This document shows positions 52,542-62,652 of a stretch of DNA of 64,000 bases, piece after piece. Source of the stretch: Clostridia bacterium (GTDB lineage: Bacteria > Bacillota > Clostridia > JAAYHZ01); contig JBMNIH010000011.1 in NCBI GenBank assembly GCA_050950825.1, forward strand, positions 1-64,000. Direction: 5' to 3'. A program made the translations under genes and the position numbers. The notes under the pieces are model-generated. The model was not told the origin of the DNA, ran no database searches, and saw only the letters and a program-made list of their open reading frames with translations. Each line of letters begins with the position of its first letter. The first letter of the stretch is position 1.

Positions 52542-54524
52542 TTACGAATCGAATTTCCGATCGTATAGCAATGCCGCTATTAAAACCACAAATATAGAAC
52601 CGGCATTATGTACCAAAGCTCCGGTGGTCGGTGTCAGCTTACCCGTAAATGATAGAAAAATTGCGACAAAATTGATGAATAAAGACAAGGAAATACTGAA
52701 TTTTACGGTTCGCACAGTAGCATTGGAAAGCCGTTTCAGGTACGGAATTTTAGAGATATCATCGCTCATAAGAGCGATATCCGCCGCTTCCACGGCAATA
52801 TCACTGCCCATGGCTCCCATCGCTACCCCTACGGAAGCCGTTTTTAAAGCGGGAGCATCGTTGACTCCATCTCCGATCATACAAACCGTCCTGCCTTCCT
52901 TTTGCAGCTGTACGATGTTCCGGACTTTTTCTTCCGGCAGCAATTCCGCCTTCACAACGGCAATTCCTACCTGTCGTGCGAAATACTCTGCCGTTCTTCG
53001 GTTATCGCCGGTAAGCAGTACGGCCGAGGTATCCATTTTACAAAGCTTTTCCACCATTTCTTTTGCCGTAGGGCGTAAAACGTCGGATAACCCTACCGCG
53101 CCTATACACCTTCCGTCCGCAGCGATAAGGATCGAAGCTTTTCCTTGGTTCCGTAAATCCGAAAGAATATCGGTAACCTTCTTTTGGATATCAATTCCGT
53201 TTTCCTTTAAATACTTCTCGTTTCCGCATAGCAAAGTTATTCCTAAGACAAAAGCGTAAATCCCTCTTCCCGCTTCCATACGAAATCCTTCCGCATCCGG
53301 GATCGGGATGTTCTTCTTTTTGGCATATTCGACAATTGCCTTCCCTAACGGATGCTCGCTTCGTACCTCCGCCGAAGCAAGTAAAGACAGCACGGTTTCT
53401 TTCGGGATATCCGGCTCGAAAGATATAATGTCGCTAACCTCAGGCTTCCCGTATGTTAACGTGCCGGTTTTATCAAAAGCGACGGTATCCGTTTTGCCCA
53501 TTTTTTCCAGAGCCTCACCGGATTTAATAATAATACCGTGTTTAGTGGCCTGGCCGATAGCCGCCATAATTGCGGTAGGTGTTGCCAAAACCAATGCGCA
53601 AGGACAAAACACAACCGGTACGGTAACACCTCGGACGATATCTTGCGTTGTAAAATACGTTACGATGGCAATGAACAATGCAACCGGTACAAGCCAAGTT
53701 GCCCATTTATCCGCGATACGTTGTATGGGAGCTTGCTTTTTTTCCGAATCTTGGACCATCCGTATTAGCTTATGCAGCGAGCTGTCCTCTCCTTGGCTCG
53801 TTGCCTTTATATCGATGGCACCGAAGCGGTTTATGGTCCCACTAAAAACGCTGTCGCCGACTTCCTTATCCACAGGAAGGGATTCCCCTGTCATAACGGC
53901 TTGGTCCACGGAAGTATTTCCGTCGATAATGATTCCGTCAACGGGGATGGTTTCTCCCGGAAGAATACGCAAAATATCGTCTGTTTCTATGTCTTTTGCG
54001 TCGATCATTTCTACTTGCCCGTTTTGGATCCTACGTCCCTTTTGAGGTGCCAAGCCAATAAGCTTTTTTAAGCCTTTTTTGGATCGCTCTGCGGTTTTAT
54101 CCTCCAAAATGGCACCGATAGCCATAATAAAGGCGACTTCTCCGGCAGCAAAAATATCGCCTATGGCGATGGCGGCAATCATAGCCATGGAAATCAAGAG
54201 CGCGGAGGAGATCTTTCGCATACCCTTGTTATGGACAACCCGCCAAAGGGCCAAGTACAGAAGAGGAATTCCACAGATGATAACGGAAACCCAAGCCGGG
54301 TCAACGGGGACATGGATCTTTTTAAGCATAAGAAAAAGACTGAAGACTAAAAATATTCCCCCCACAATCGTCATAGGCAAGCCTGCAAAAAAATCGTTCC
54401 ATTTCTTGATGATACAAATCCCTTCCTTCCCGGTACTCATAAACATATGATACAATTTATACGTTATCGAACATGATGTTCGGTATGATTGTATTTTACA
54501 TTCGTCGAAACATGCAATAATCAA
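52542..54524 (-). CDS. P1B heavy-metal translocating ATPase without N-terminal HMA domain (start uncertain)
   Basis: TGES, CPC, DKTGT, SEHPLG, TGD, GDGVNDAP, HNAGS. Confidence 0.92.
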   Translation of the reverse strand: MIIACFDECKIQSYRTSCSITYKLYHMFMSTGKEGICIIKKWNDFFAGLPMTIVGGIFLVFSLFLMLKKIHVPVDPAWVSVIICGIPLLYLALWRVVHNKGMRKISSALLISMAMIAAIAIGDIFAAGEVAFIMAIGAILEDKTAERSKKGLKKLIGLAPQKGRRIQNGQVEMIDAKDIETDDILRILPGETIPVDGIIIDGNTSVDQAVMTGESLPVDKEVGDSVFSGTINRFGAIDIKATSQGEDSSLHKLIRMVQDSEKKQAPIQRIADKWATWLVPVALFIAIVTYFTTQDIVRGVTVPVVFCPCALVLATPTAIMAAIGQATKHGIIIKSGEALEKMGKTDTVAFDKTGTLTYGKPEVSDIISFEPDIPKETVLSLLASAEVRSEHPLGKAIVEYAKKKNIPIPDAEGFRMEAGRGIYAFVLGITLLCGNEKYLKENGIDIQKKVTDILSDLRNQGKASILIAADGRCIGAVGLSDVLRPTAKEMVEKLCKMDTSAVLLTGDNRRTAEYFARQVGIAVVKAELLPEEKVRNIVQLQKEGRTVCMIGDGVNDAPALKTASVGVAMGAMGSDIAVEAADIALMSDDISKIPYLKRLSNATVRTVKFSISLSLFINFVAIFLSFTGKLTPTTGALVHNAGSIFVVLIAALLYDRKFDS

Positions 54525-54588
54525 AACCGTTGTCTTGTATGTTACCGGACATTTTCTCGACTTTATTCAATACGAAAGGGGTTTTGCA

Positions 54589-55140
54589 ATGGACAGAAGA
54601 CAGCAAAGAACAAGGGACGCCATTTTTAAAGCGTTTCGATCTCTGCTTGAGAAAAAACGTTATACGCATATATCGGTACAGGACATTGTCGATGAGGCGA
54701 ATATCGGCCGCAGTACTTTTTATGCACATTTCGAAACGAAAGACGAGCTACTCAAAGCCATGTGTACCGAAATCTTTAACCATGTCTTTTCGGAAGAACT
54801 CAATTCCGAAGAAACGCACGATTTTTCTAAGGACAACAACGGTATTGCACCGAGGCTGACACATATACTCTACCATCTGAAGGACAGCGAAAAAAACATT
54901 GCGGCGATATTATCTTGCGAAAGCGGCGAATTGTTTATGAAGTTTTTTAAAGAGTACCTTTCGGAGCTATTTTCTCAATATTTGCCGGAAACAAAGGCAA
55001 ACATCCCCGTCGATTTTGTACTAAATCATCTTACCGGCAGTTTTACCGAAGCGGTGAAGTGGTGGATAGCAAACAGAATGAAAAACACACCCGAAGAAAT
55101 TGTCCGATACTATACGGAGGTTCGCTTCCCTGATTTTTAA
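54589..55140 (+). CDS. TetR/AcrR-family regulator, divergent from the ATPase
   Basis: MDRRQQRTR...ISVQDIVDEANIGRSTFYAHF. Confidence 0.92.
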   Translation: MDRRQQRTRDAIFKAFRSLLEKKRYTHISVQDIVDEANIGRSTFYAHFETKDELLKAMCTEIFNHVFSEELNSEETHDFSKDNNGIAPRLTHILYHLKDSEKNIAAILSCESGELFMKFFKEYLSELFSQYLPETKANIPVDFVLNHLTGSFTEAVKWWIANRMKNTPEEIVRYYTEVRFPDF

Positions 55141-55179
55141 CCTCTTAAGTATTCGTTAAGCTTTGTCTTTACAAATAAA

Positions 55180-55536
55180 TTATTCGATGCTTAGTTTTTC
55201 CTTCCATTCGTCTTCGTTAAACCCTACCAAAACAAATTCATCACTGACAAGAACGGGACGCTTTACAATCATGCCGTCGGAAGCTAAAAGATTATACTGC
55301 TCCTCCTCGCTCATATGCGGGAGCTTTTCCTTTAGCTTCATTTCCTTGTACAAAAGCCCGCTCGTATTGAAAAATTTTTTCAGCGGAAGACCGCTCTTTT
55401 CGTGCCATTCCTTTAATTCCTCGATGTTAGGATGATTCTCTTTTATATTTCTTTCCGTATAGGCTATGTTGTTTGCCTCCAGCCATTGCTTGGCCTTCCG
55501 GCATGTGGTACATTTCGGGTAACATACAAAAATCAT
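55180..55536 (-). CDS. ArsC/Spx-family thioredoxin-fold protein
   Basis: CTTCRKA, FFNTSG, KRPVL. Confidence 0.9.
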   Translation of the reverse strand: MIFVCYPKCTTCRKAKQWLEANNIAYTERNIKENHPNIEELKEWHEKSGLPLKKFFNTSGLLYKEMKLKEKLPHMSEEEQYNLLASDGMIVKRPVLVSDEFVLVGFNEDEWKEKLSIE

Positions 55537-55554
55537 AATCTTCCTCCGTTCATA

Positions 55555-55998
55555 CTAGCTTTGCACAATCCTCGTAAAAAACTCGACTGCACCCTTTATA
55601 TCCTTTTCATCGGGATGTCCTTTCGCGATTCCGCCGAAAAGCTTTAAAGGTCCAAAGGTGTCAAAGCCTCTGCACCCGTACATTCCAAGCAATCGGCAGG
55701 ATTTTTCCTCAATGACCCGCTTCATATCATTGATTAATGCGCTTTTAAGTCCGTAGGTGTTTATAAGGAAAACTCTTTTTTGGTTCGGTAGATTCTTTTT
55801 CGCAAAATCCAAAACCGCTTCGCTGAATTTTCCGAAATACGTACCGGATGCAAATCCGATAAGATCGTAGCCGGATAAGTCCGCCTCTTTTCTTTCGGTT
55901 ACATCGATTAATTCTATGTCCCCGCATTCCTTCATGGCATCCGGCAGCTTCTTTGTATTCCCGTGATGCCCGGAATAATAAGCAACGGCAGCTTTCAT
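55555..55998 (-). CDS. Flavodoxin-like protein
   Basis: YYSGHHGNTKK, GFASGTY, CRGFDTFGP, KGHPD. ATGA overlap with the upstream gene. Confidence 0.85.
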   Translation of the reverse strand: MKAAVAYYSGHHGNTKKLPDAMKECGDIELIDVTERKEADLSGYDLIGFASGTYFGKFSEAVLDFAKKNLPNQKRVFLINTYGLKSALINDMKRVIEEKSCRLLGMYGCRGFDTFGPLKLFGGIAKGHPDEKDIKGAVEFFTRIVQS

Positions 55999-56840
55999 CG
56001 GCATTTTCCTTCTTCCTTTTTTTCATCCATAAATCTCACCCATTCATCATAAATCGAATACAGCTCGTCATCAAGATAGGTAAGCGCTTTTTCCTTCAGA
56101 TCCTCGGGAACCGTGTAGTATGCTTCGGCAATGGATCCCGTGATGGCGGCGATGGTATCGCTGTCACCGCCTATGGATACGGCATTTCGAATGGCGTCCT
56201 CAAAGGATACGGATTCCAAAAAGGCTACAATGGCTTGGGGGACGGTATTTTGGCAAGAAGCGTCAAACAGGTAGGTATCTTTGATACCTTCTATTGTAAA
56301 ATCCAAAGGGTAATAATCCCGCTCTATTCTCTGTCGAATCTCTTCCTTTGTATATCCGTGTCGCACCATATAAATTGCCATGGCAACGGCTTCCGCTCCC
56401 TTGATGCCCTCCTTATGGTTATGGGTCACTGCGGTTACGACTTCGGAGAGCTTTATTACATCGCTTTCCGTAATCGCGATATGACCTACCGGGCTTATCC
56501 TCATGGCCGCACCGTTTCCGAAGCTGTTGTAAGGCTTCGGATCATCGCTGAAAATCCAATAACTGAACCACCAACCGTAACCCACATAGGGATATTTTCT
56601 GCCGATTTCCTGCATGCATCGGACGGTCATTTTTTCAAGCAACGAATAATAGTCATTCATACCGTCGTCTTCGGAATTCATAATTTTCTCGGTTTCCATA
56701 ATGGCTTTTGCAATTGCTAACGTCATGACGCTATCATCCGTCGCCCGACATTCTTCATCAAAAAGCTCAAAATCTTTACCCTTGTGATTGCTGCCTTCGA
56801 ATCGAGAACCTACGATATCTCCGATAATTGCCCCTAACAA
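55995..56840 (-). CDS. ADP-ribosylglycohydrolase (ARH/DraG family)
   Basis: GAIIGDIVGS, TDD, SFGNGAAMR, TH, GGDSDT. Confidence 0.92.
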   Translation of the reverse strand: MLGAIIGDIVGSRFEGSNHKGKDFELFDEECRATDDSVMTLAIAKAIMETEKIMNSEDDGMNDYYSLLEKMTVRCMQEIGRKYPYVGYGWWFSYWIFSDDPKPYNSFGNGAAMRISPVGHIAITESDVIKLSEVVTAVTHNHKEGIKGAEAVAMAIYMVRHGYTKEEIRQRIERDYYPLDFTIEGIKDTYLFDASCQNTVPQAIVAFLESVSFEDAIRNAVSIGGDSDTIAAITGSIAEAYYTVPEDLKEKALTYLDDELYSIYDEWVRFMDEKKEEGKCR

Positions 56841-57005
56841 CGGATGTTCCCCCTTTCGAAAAAAGAAAAATAAGGATGCACATTACACCTTGCCCGAATT
56901 CCGGACATTTAAACGATATGTAAATTTTAACATAATCATGAGAGTTTTACAAGAAACCTTGGAAAAAGTGATACGACGTCCTTGTCCCGTAGCCGGATAC
57001 AGGCT

Positions 57006-57391
57006 TTATAAATAAGGGCATTTTCTTTCATCGAGGGTCGTGAGGGTAAATTGCTTTAATATCCTTATAGCCTCGTCCATATCCTCTTCACCCTTACACA
57101 GTACGCGTCCGACCGGCCAAGCCATGTTCGTGGGCGATTTCACTTTGCTCCCGTAGTACGCCGCCCTAAGCTTGCAAAGGTATTGGAATAGGCATCCATG
57201 ATTTGCATGACATAATGCCTGTCGCTTGTATCGGGGGCATGAAGAACCACGGGACTTTTGGTAAGATCCAACCAAGCGGTGCAATATACGGTATCCACGT
57301 TGGGCGTTACCACATCCTTGAATTCCGGTGTGATGAGTTTATAGAAGAATACATTGGATGCCGTAAGGACCGGCTGCGTTGTATTGTCCAA
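57006..57391 (-). pseudogene. DUF1254-family remnant
   Basis: VVTPNVDTVYCTAWLDL..PVVL..PD..RHYVMQIMDAYSN, then WPVGRVL in another frame. Short and frameshifted. Confidence 0.7.
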
Positions 57392-57472
57392 GACTTAAAA
57401 AGCACTCCTCGTTAACATAATAATGCCATTGGCAAGGCTTGGCACGGTGATACTCCTTAGGGCTTTCAAAAG

Positions 57473-57524
57473 AAAAAAGGGACCCGGTCCTTTTACGGCT
57501 TGAAAAGACCGGTTCCCCTTTTTT
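57473..57524. terminator. Intrinsic terminator-like hairpin
   Basis: AAAAAAGGGACCCGGTC...GACCGGTTCCCCTTTTTT. Confidence 0.65.
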
Positions 57525-57542
57525 AACCTTATAACTTTCCTT

Positions 57543-58466
57543 TTATATCTTCTCCACCCTCAAAACGGCGGCATTAAACTCTTGTCGTATTTCCTTAAAC
57601 AGCGAGGATACGCCTAAGATCCCCATAATCAACCCGATAGCAAAGTTAGGAGCAATATCCCTTAAAATTTCCGGTGTCGATATAATGATATATATAATAT
57701 TCATTGAAAAGGGAATTTCGTAATAATTGATTACGGCAATGGTATAGGCTACGACCTCGGCAAAGAGAATGCCGAATACGGTACATCCCATAATGATCCA
57801 CCAGGTCGCCTTGCTCGTCTTTCCTCCCGTTAATTTATAGCCCTTCAAGGAAACCTTGCCGATTACAAAACCGAAAATCGCTGCAAACCATCCCGCATAG
57901 GAGGCGATGATCCAAGGTATGGAGCCGATAATACTTCCGATAAACGCACCTGCAAAGCCCGGTATGTAATTCTTTTTGGTATTGGCGTACTCCTCTTCAT
58001 TTTGCTTGGAGATACTCTTTGCTTCCTCGTAGCAGTAAGGACAGATGCTCACGGGGATATCGTTGTAAAGGACGGATTCCGTATCCTCCTCTCTTCCGCA
58101 CTTAAAACACTTTCCGGTTTCGGGTATTTTTAATTCCATGAAAAGCTTCGAAGCATGATCCAAGTATTTTATGATATCATCATACTTCAGTGATCGCAGC
58201 ACTTCCTTGAATGTAGCGGTTAATACGCCGTCGTCTAAGCTTACATCGGATATCCGTAATTCCTCTTTGTGCCGATTCAGGTCCTCCAAAATTTGAACCT
58301 TTTGCGTTTCATCCAAGTGCGGCAGCGATACGGATACAATTGTTTGATAGTTGTTCCAATACGCCGTAAAGTAATACCCGTTGTGCTTCCCGTAAGCTCG
58401 TTGCTTTTCTTGCCTTACTTTCCAATTGTTTTTCTTCATCAAATCTTTAATTACCCGTATGGCCAC
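57543..58466 (-). CDS. Hypothetical membrane protein with CxxC...CxxC motif
   Basis: Soluble N-terminus, CFKC...CPYC, C-terminal TMs. Confidence 0.7.
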   Translation of the reverse strand: MAIRVIKDLMKKNNWKVRQEKQRAYGKHNGYYFTAYWNNYQTIVSVSLPHLDETQKVQILEDLNRHKEELRISDVSLDDGVLTATFKEVLRSLKYDDIIKYLDHASKLFMELKIPETGKCFKCGREEDTESVLYNDIPVSICPYCYEEAKSISKQNEEEYANTKKNYIPGFAGAFIGSIIGSIPWIIASYAGWFAAIFGFVIGKVSLKGYKLTGGKTSKATWWIIMGCTVFGILFAEVVAYTIAVINYYEIPFSMNIIYIIISTPEILRDIAPNFAIGLIMGILGVSSLFKEIRQEFNAAVLRVEKI

Positions 58467-58512
58467 GTTTGATTTCCTCTCAAAGTTCTCCTCTTAAAGT
58501 TTTATATCTTTT

Positions 58513-58544
58513 CTCCGTGGCTTCGATCCATCGAAGCCACGGAG
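58513..58544. terminator. Strong hairpin after the sialidase-like gene
   Basis: CTCCGTGGCTTCGAT-CC-ATCGAAGCCACGGAG. Confidence 0.65.
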
Positions 58545-58549
58545 TATTT

Positions 58550-59983
58550 TTACCTGAAATTTCGAAACCGATGGAAGGTAAGATGATTTGCGTTATGATA
58601 ATTGTATGCACCGTTTATGGCCGTTCTTGAAACCGCCGAGATGTCATCGCCGTCAAAAATCCAATCCGGATATTGAAATCCTACCTTGGTGTCATCTTCC
58701 GGCCACCGGTTGTCCTCATAGTTCAACAAATCTCTTTCAATTTTCCAGTGTAAAAGATCGGTAGACGATGTGAGTGTAAGAATATTTCTTTGGGATACAT
58801 TTTTTGTTGTTACCCTGTTCACCAAAGCGTAATATTTTTTGCTTACCTCATCGAACCGTACGGTAAACTTGGACATGTTCCCCGGAAAGTCGATGACCCT
58901 TCCGAATTGGAGCGGAGCTCCCGGATTGTCCTTGTCGATTTTTAAGATGATTGCCTTCCCGTAGTCCGGTATTGCGCCTTTTGTATTGTACCTCAAGATA
59001 TTTACAAGCTCCCCTTCGGGAGTTATTACCACATTGCCCTCTAACAAGCTCGGATTACCGCCTTTAACGGTTCCCGGCCACCCGGAATCGTAGGGGAGAA
59101 ACGGTGTTACGGTCCAATTTTTTCCGTTCATAATATCCGCATCCTCCGGAACGGAGGCTACACCGGAGGCATGGCCGCCTAAACTCCAAGCGCCGTAGTC
59201 GATGGCCGTCCACAATCGCCCGTTATACCGTACCACCGGCATCGGCGCCTTGTGAGGGCCGCCTTTATCTTCTCCTCCGCTTTCCAACAGGGTCGCAGGA
59301 TCGCTCCAGGTTTTTCCCCCGTCCTCGGAGCAAAATAGCAGCAGCGCTCCGTATTCCGTACTCGTTCCTAACATATAGAGCTTGTCGTTATGGACAAACA
59401 GTTTTCCCCAAAAACAAGGCGATACATCGGATAGATACTTCCAAGATTCCCCGTTATCCTTCGATACAAACACCTTACTGAGATTCCGGCCGCCGTTTCC
59501 CCAATAAATATCGTGAGACGCCAAAAGACGGCCGTCGGGGAGTCGAACAATGGAGGGGCTGCAGGTGGATCGGCCGGAAATATTGTAGGTATAGTCCTCG
59601 GGGTGAATATAGTTGATCACGACTCCCGGCACAAAGCCCGTCCTGAAAAATCTAACGGGACTTCTTGCCCGTATGTCTCCCTTGTTTTTATCGATCATTT
59701 TCAGCTCGACCTTGTAATCCCGTCCGTTTCTTAAATCCGTATATTGAAAACAGGATGCATCCTTCGGCAATATGGCATGAACGATTTTTTTACCACTTTC
59801 AAGATCGTCGATTTCTACATAAATTTCGTATTCACCCTTTATGGCATCCCTAAGATCACTTCCATAATACTCAAAATCCAAAGAAATGCTTTGGTCTCCC
59901 GGTGCCATCCGTACGATATGAAGACCTCCGTATGCTTTGCTATTTTCCGGTTTCGTAGGATTTTCCGCAAACCTGTCGCTCAT
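58550..59983 (-). CDS. BNR/Asp-box beta-propeller (sialidase-like) protein
   Basis: SKDNGESW, SEDGGKTW, STDLLHW, FQYPD..DGDD..SRTA. Confidence 0.8.
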   Translation of the reverse strand: MSDRFAENPTKPENSKAYGGLHIVRMAPGDQSISLDFEYYGSDLRDAIKGEYEIYVEIDDLESGKKIVHAILPKDASCFQYTDLRNGRDYKVELKMIDKNKGDIRARSPVRFFRTGFVPGVVINYIHPEDYTYNISGRSTCSPSIVRLPDGRLLASHDIYWGNGGRNLSKVFVSKDNGESWKYLSDVSPCFWGKLFVHNDKLYMLGTSTEYGALLLFCSEDGGKTWSDPATLLESGGEDKGGPHKAPMPVVRYNGRLWTAIDYGAWSLGGHASGVASVPEDADIMNGKNWTVTPFLPYDSGWPGTVKGGNPSLLEGNVVITPEGELVNILRYNTKGAIPDYGKAIILKIDKDNPGAPLQFGRVIDFPGNMSKFTVRFDEVSKKYYALVNRVTTKNVSQRNILTLTSSTDLLHWKIERDLLNYEDNRWPEDDTKVGFQYPDWIFDGDDISAVSRTAINGAYNYHNANHLTFHRFRNFR

Positions 59984-60004
59984 TGGCGATTTCCTCCTAT
60001 ACAA

Positions 60005-60436
60005 TCATCGTATCGGTGCATCCGTAAACTTCCCGACGCCAAGCTCTTTTAACATGTCGTGAAATTCATCGACCAATTCGGGGTAGAACTTCCACAACAG
60101 ATTTTGACCGTCATTCGGATGTCTCGGCGCAATATGCCAATGAGCATGGAAAACCGACTGTTGGGCGGCTTTCCCGTTGTTTGATATGATCTGTACCGCG
60201 TCGATGCCTAGCTTCTTGTGATAAAGATCCGTAACGTACTTTAGCACGGCCATAACTTCATTAAGAGCCTCTAACGGAATGTCGAATATATTTTCGTAAT
60301 GTCTTTTCGGCATCACCATGGTATGCCATTTGCCCATGGGATTAATATCAAAGATGGCGCAGGCATGCTCCGACTCGGCAACCATCCAAGAACGGGCTTC
60401 ATGCCTTCCGATTTTACAAAAGATGCAGTCCTCCAT
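60005..60436 (-). CDS. HIT-family nucleotide hydrolase
   Basis: MEDCIFCKI, HTMVMPKRH, NNG..AQQSVFHAHWH. Confidence 0.9.
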   Translation of the reverse strand: MEDCIFCKIGRHEARSWMVAESEHACAIFDINPMGKWHTMVMPKRHYENIFDIPLEALNEVMAVLKYVTDLYHKKLGIDAVQIISNNGKAAQQSVFHAHWHIAPRHPNDGQNLLWKFYPELVDEFHDMLKELGVGKFTDAPIR

Positions 60437-60746
60437 CTTACTCCTCCTTACCATGTCTCTTTTATGATAGTTTTCGTCCGTTATGGGAATCCCGTACAAA
60501 TTTAATTATACTATACAGTAATAATTTATCTACAAGTATTTTACTTTATCGGATTTTTTCGTGCTATCGGTTACCGTATGTTTTCAATTCACCCGCTTTT
60601 CACCTATTTTTCATCCGTTTTTCGTCTTCTTTTACGGGTTCTCGCCTATCTTTTTCTTTAATTCATATACAATGTGATATATAATAATCACGGAGATCTT
60701 TTCATTTACCGATCCGACATATTGAGAATAAGGAGTATTTATATAC

Positions 60747-62591
60747 ATGAACGAATCGAAATCACCGAAGAAACCGTTAATATATTACTACATCATATCC
60801 TTGGTCGTATTGATGCTATTAAACTGGTCCATCATACCGGCATTGTTCAAAATGCCGGAGGCGGAAGTGGACTACGGCACGTTCTTGGACGAGCTTTATG
60901 CGGGTAACATTTCGGACGTAAGCGTAACCGACGAAGAAATCAGCTTCCTGCTAAAAGAATACGAGGGCAAGCAAATCCTGTATAAAACCGGGAACATGAA
61001 CGAGCCGGATTTGACGAACAAGCTGTATGAAGCCGGCGTAAACTTTTACAAGGTACTGCCGAAACGCCAATCCTACCTTGTCAGCCTGCTGCTGACTTGG
61101 GTTTTGCCCTTTCTTATTGTCTTTTTAATCGGCCAAGCCGTCTTCCGCACCCTGCAAAATAAAATGGGCGGCTACATGTCCTTAGGAAAGAGCAACGCCA
61201 AAATTTACGTGGAAGCCCAAACCGGGAAAACCTTCGCTGACGTAGCGGGGCAAGAAGAAGCCAAGGAAGCGCTAAAGGAGATTGTGGATTTTCTCCACAA
61301 CCCGGATAAATACAGGCAGCTAGGTGCGAAAATACCGAAAGGCGTTTTGTTGGTAGGACCTCCGGGTACCGGGAAAACCCTTCTTGCGAAGGCGGTAGCG
61401 GGAGAATCCAACGTTCCCTTCTTTTCCATTTCCGGCTCCGAATTCGTGGAAATGTTCGTCGGAATGGGAGCCGCCCGTGTACGAGATTTGTTTAAGCAAG
61501 CCCAAGAAAAAGCCCCTTGTATTGTATTCATTGACGAAATCGACACCATCGGAAAAAGCAGAAACGCAGGCGGTTTAGGCGGAAACGACGAACGGGAGCA
61601 AACCTTGAACCAGCTGCTCACCGAAATGGACGGATTCTCCTCGGACAAAGGGGTTATCATCTTGGCCGCTACAAACCGACCGGAAATTTTGGACAAAGCC
61701 TTATTAAGGCCGGGCCGCTTCGACCGAAGAGTGCCTTTAGAGCTTCCGGACCTGCAAGGCCGCGAAGCCATTTTAAAGCTTCATGCCCAAAAGGTGAAAG
61801 TGGACGGAAACGTGGACTTCAACTTGATCGCCCGAGCCACCTCCGGTGCATCGGGAGCGGATTTGGCCAACATCATAAACGAAGCCGCCTTACGAGCCGT
61901 ACGATTGGGGAAGCCCGCCGTGGACCAATCGGATTTGGAAGAGTCCGTGGAAACGGTTATTGCCGGCTACCAAAGAAAGAATGCGGTTATCAGTAAAAAA
62001 GACAAACTGATTATTGCCTACCACGAAGTAGGACACGCATTGGTAGCCGCCGTACAAGACCATACGGCACCGATACACAAAATCACCATCGTTCCGAGAA
62101 CCTCCGGGGCGTTAGGATACACGCTGCAGGTGGACGAAGGGGAGCAAATTTTAATGAGCAAGGAACAGGCTTTGAGCCGAATCACCACCTACATGGGAGG
62201 GCGAGCGGCGGAACAGTCGGTCTTTAACAGCATCACCACCGGCGCATCCAACGATATCGCCCAGGCCACCAAATTAGCTCGCGCCATGGTAACCCGATTC
62301 GGAATGAGCGAGGAGTTCGGAATGATGGCTTTAGAAACGGTAAACAACCCCTACTTAGGAGAAGAAACCACCCTTTTGGTGTCCTCCGAAACGGCTTCGA
62401 AAGTGGACCAAACCGTATTAAACATATTGAGGGAATGCTACCAAAGGGCTTTGGACATCATGGAAGAGTATAAAGGAAAGCTCCACGAATTGGCCAAAGA
62501 GCTTTTGGATAAGGAAACCCTATCCGGCGATGAATTTATGCGGATATTTAATGAACCGGGCAACAAATTGCTGCCGGATGCGTCGTCATAA
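60747..62591 (+). CDS. ftsH: ATP-dependent zinc metalloprotease FtsH
   Basis: Two TMs, GPPGTGKT, FIDEID, EREQTLNQLL, ALLRPGRFDR, HEVGH. Confidence 0.97.
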   Translation: MNESKSPKKPLIYYYIISLVVLMLLNWSIIPALFKMPEAEVDYGTFLDELYAGNISDVSVTDEEISFLLKEYEGKQILYKTGNMNEPDLTNKLYEAGVNFYKVLPKRQSYLVSLLLTWVLPFLIVFLIGQAVFRTLQNKMGGYMSLGKSNAKIYVEAQTGKTFADVAGQEEAKEALKEIVDFLHNPDKYRQLGAKIPKGVLLVGPPGTGKTLLAKAVAGESNVPFFSISGSEFVEMFVGMGAARVRDLFKQAQEKAPCIVFIDEIDTIGKSRNAGGLGGNDEREQTLNQLLTEMDGFSSDKGVIILAATNRPEILDKALLRPGRFDRRVPLELPDLQGREAILKLHAQKVKVDGNVDFNLIARATSGASGADLANIINEAALRAVRLGKPAVDQSDLEESVETVIAGYQRKNAVISKKDKLIIAYHEVGHALVAAVQDHTAPIHKITIVPRTSGALGYTLQVDEGEQILMSKEQALSRITTYMGGRAAEQSVFNSITTGASNDIAQATKLARAMVTRFGMSEEFGMMALETVNNPYLGEETTLLVSSETASKVDQTVLNILRECYQRALDIMEEYKGKLHELAKELLDKETLSGDEFMRIFNEPGNKLLPDASS

Positions 62592-62616
62592 AACAAGATA
62601 ACAAACGGGAAATTTT

Positions 62617-62648
62617 AAAGGCCGGAAAACAAGCTTCCGGCCTTTTTT
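62617..62648. terminator. Bidirectional terminator
   Basis: AAAGGCCGGAA...TTCCGGCCTTTTTT between convergent genes. Confidence 0.75.
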
Positions 62649-62652
62649 CATC

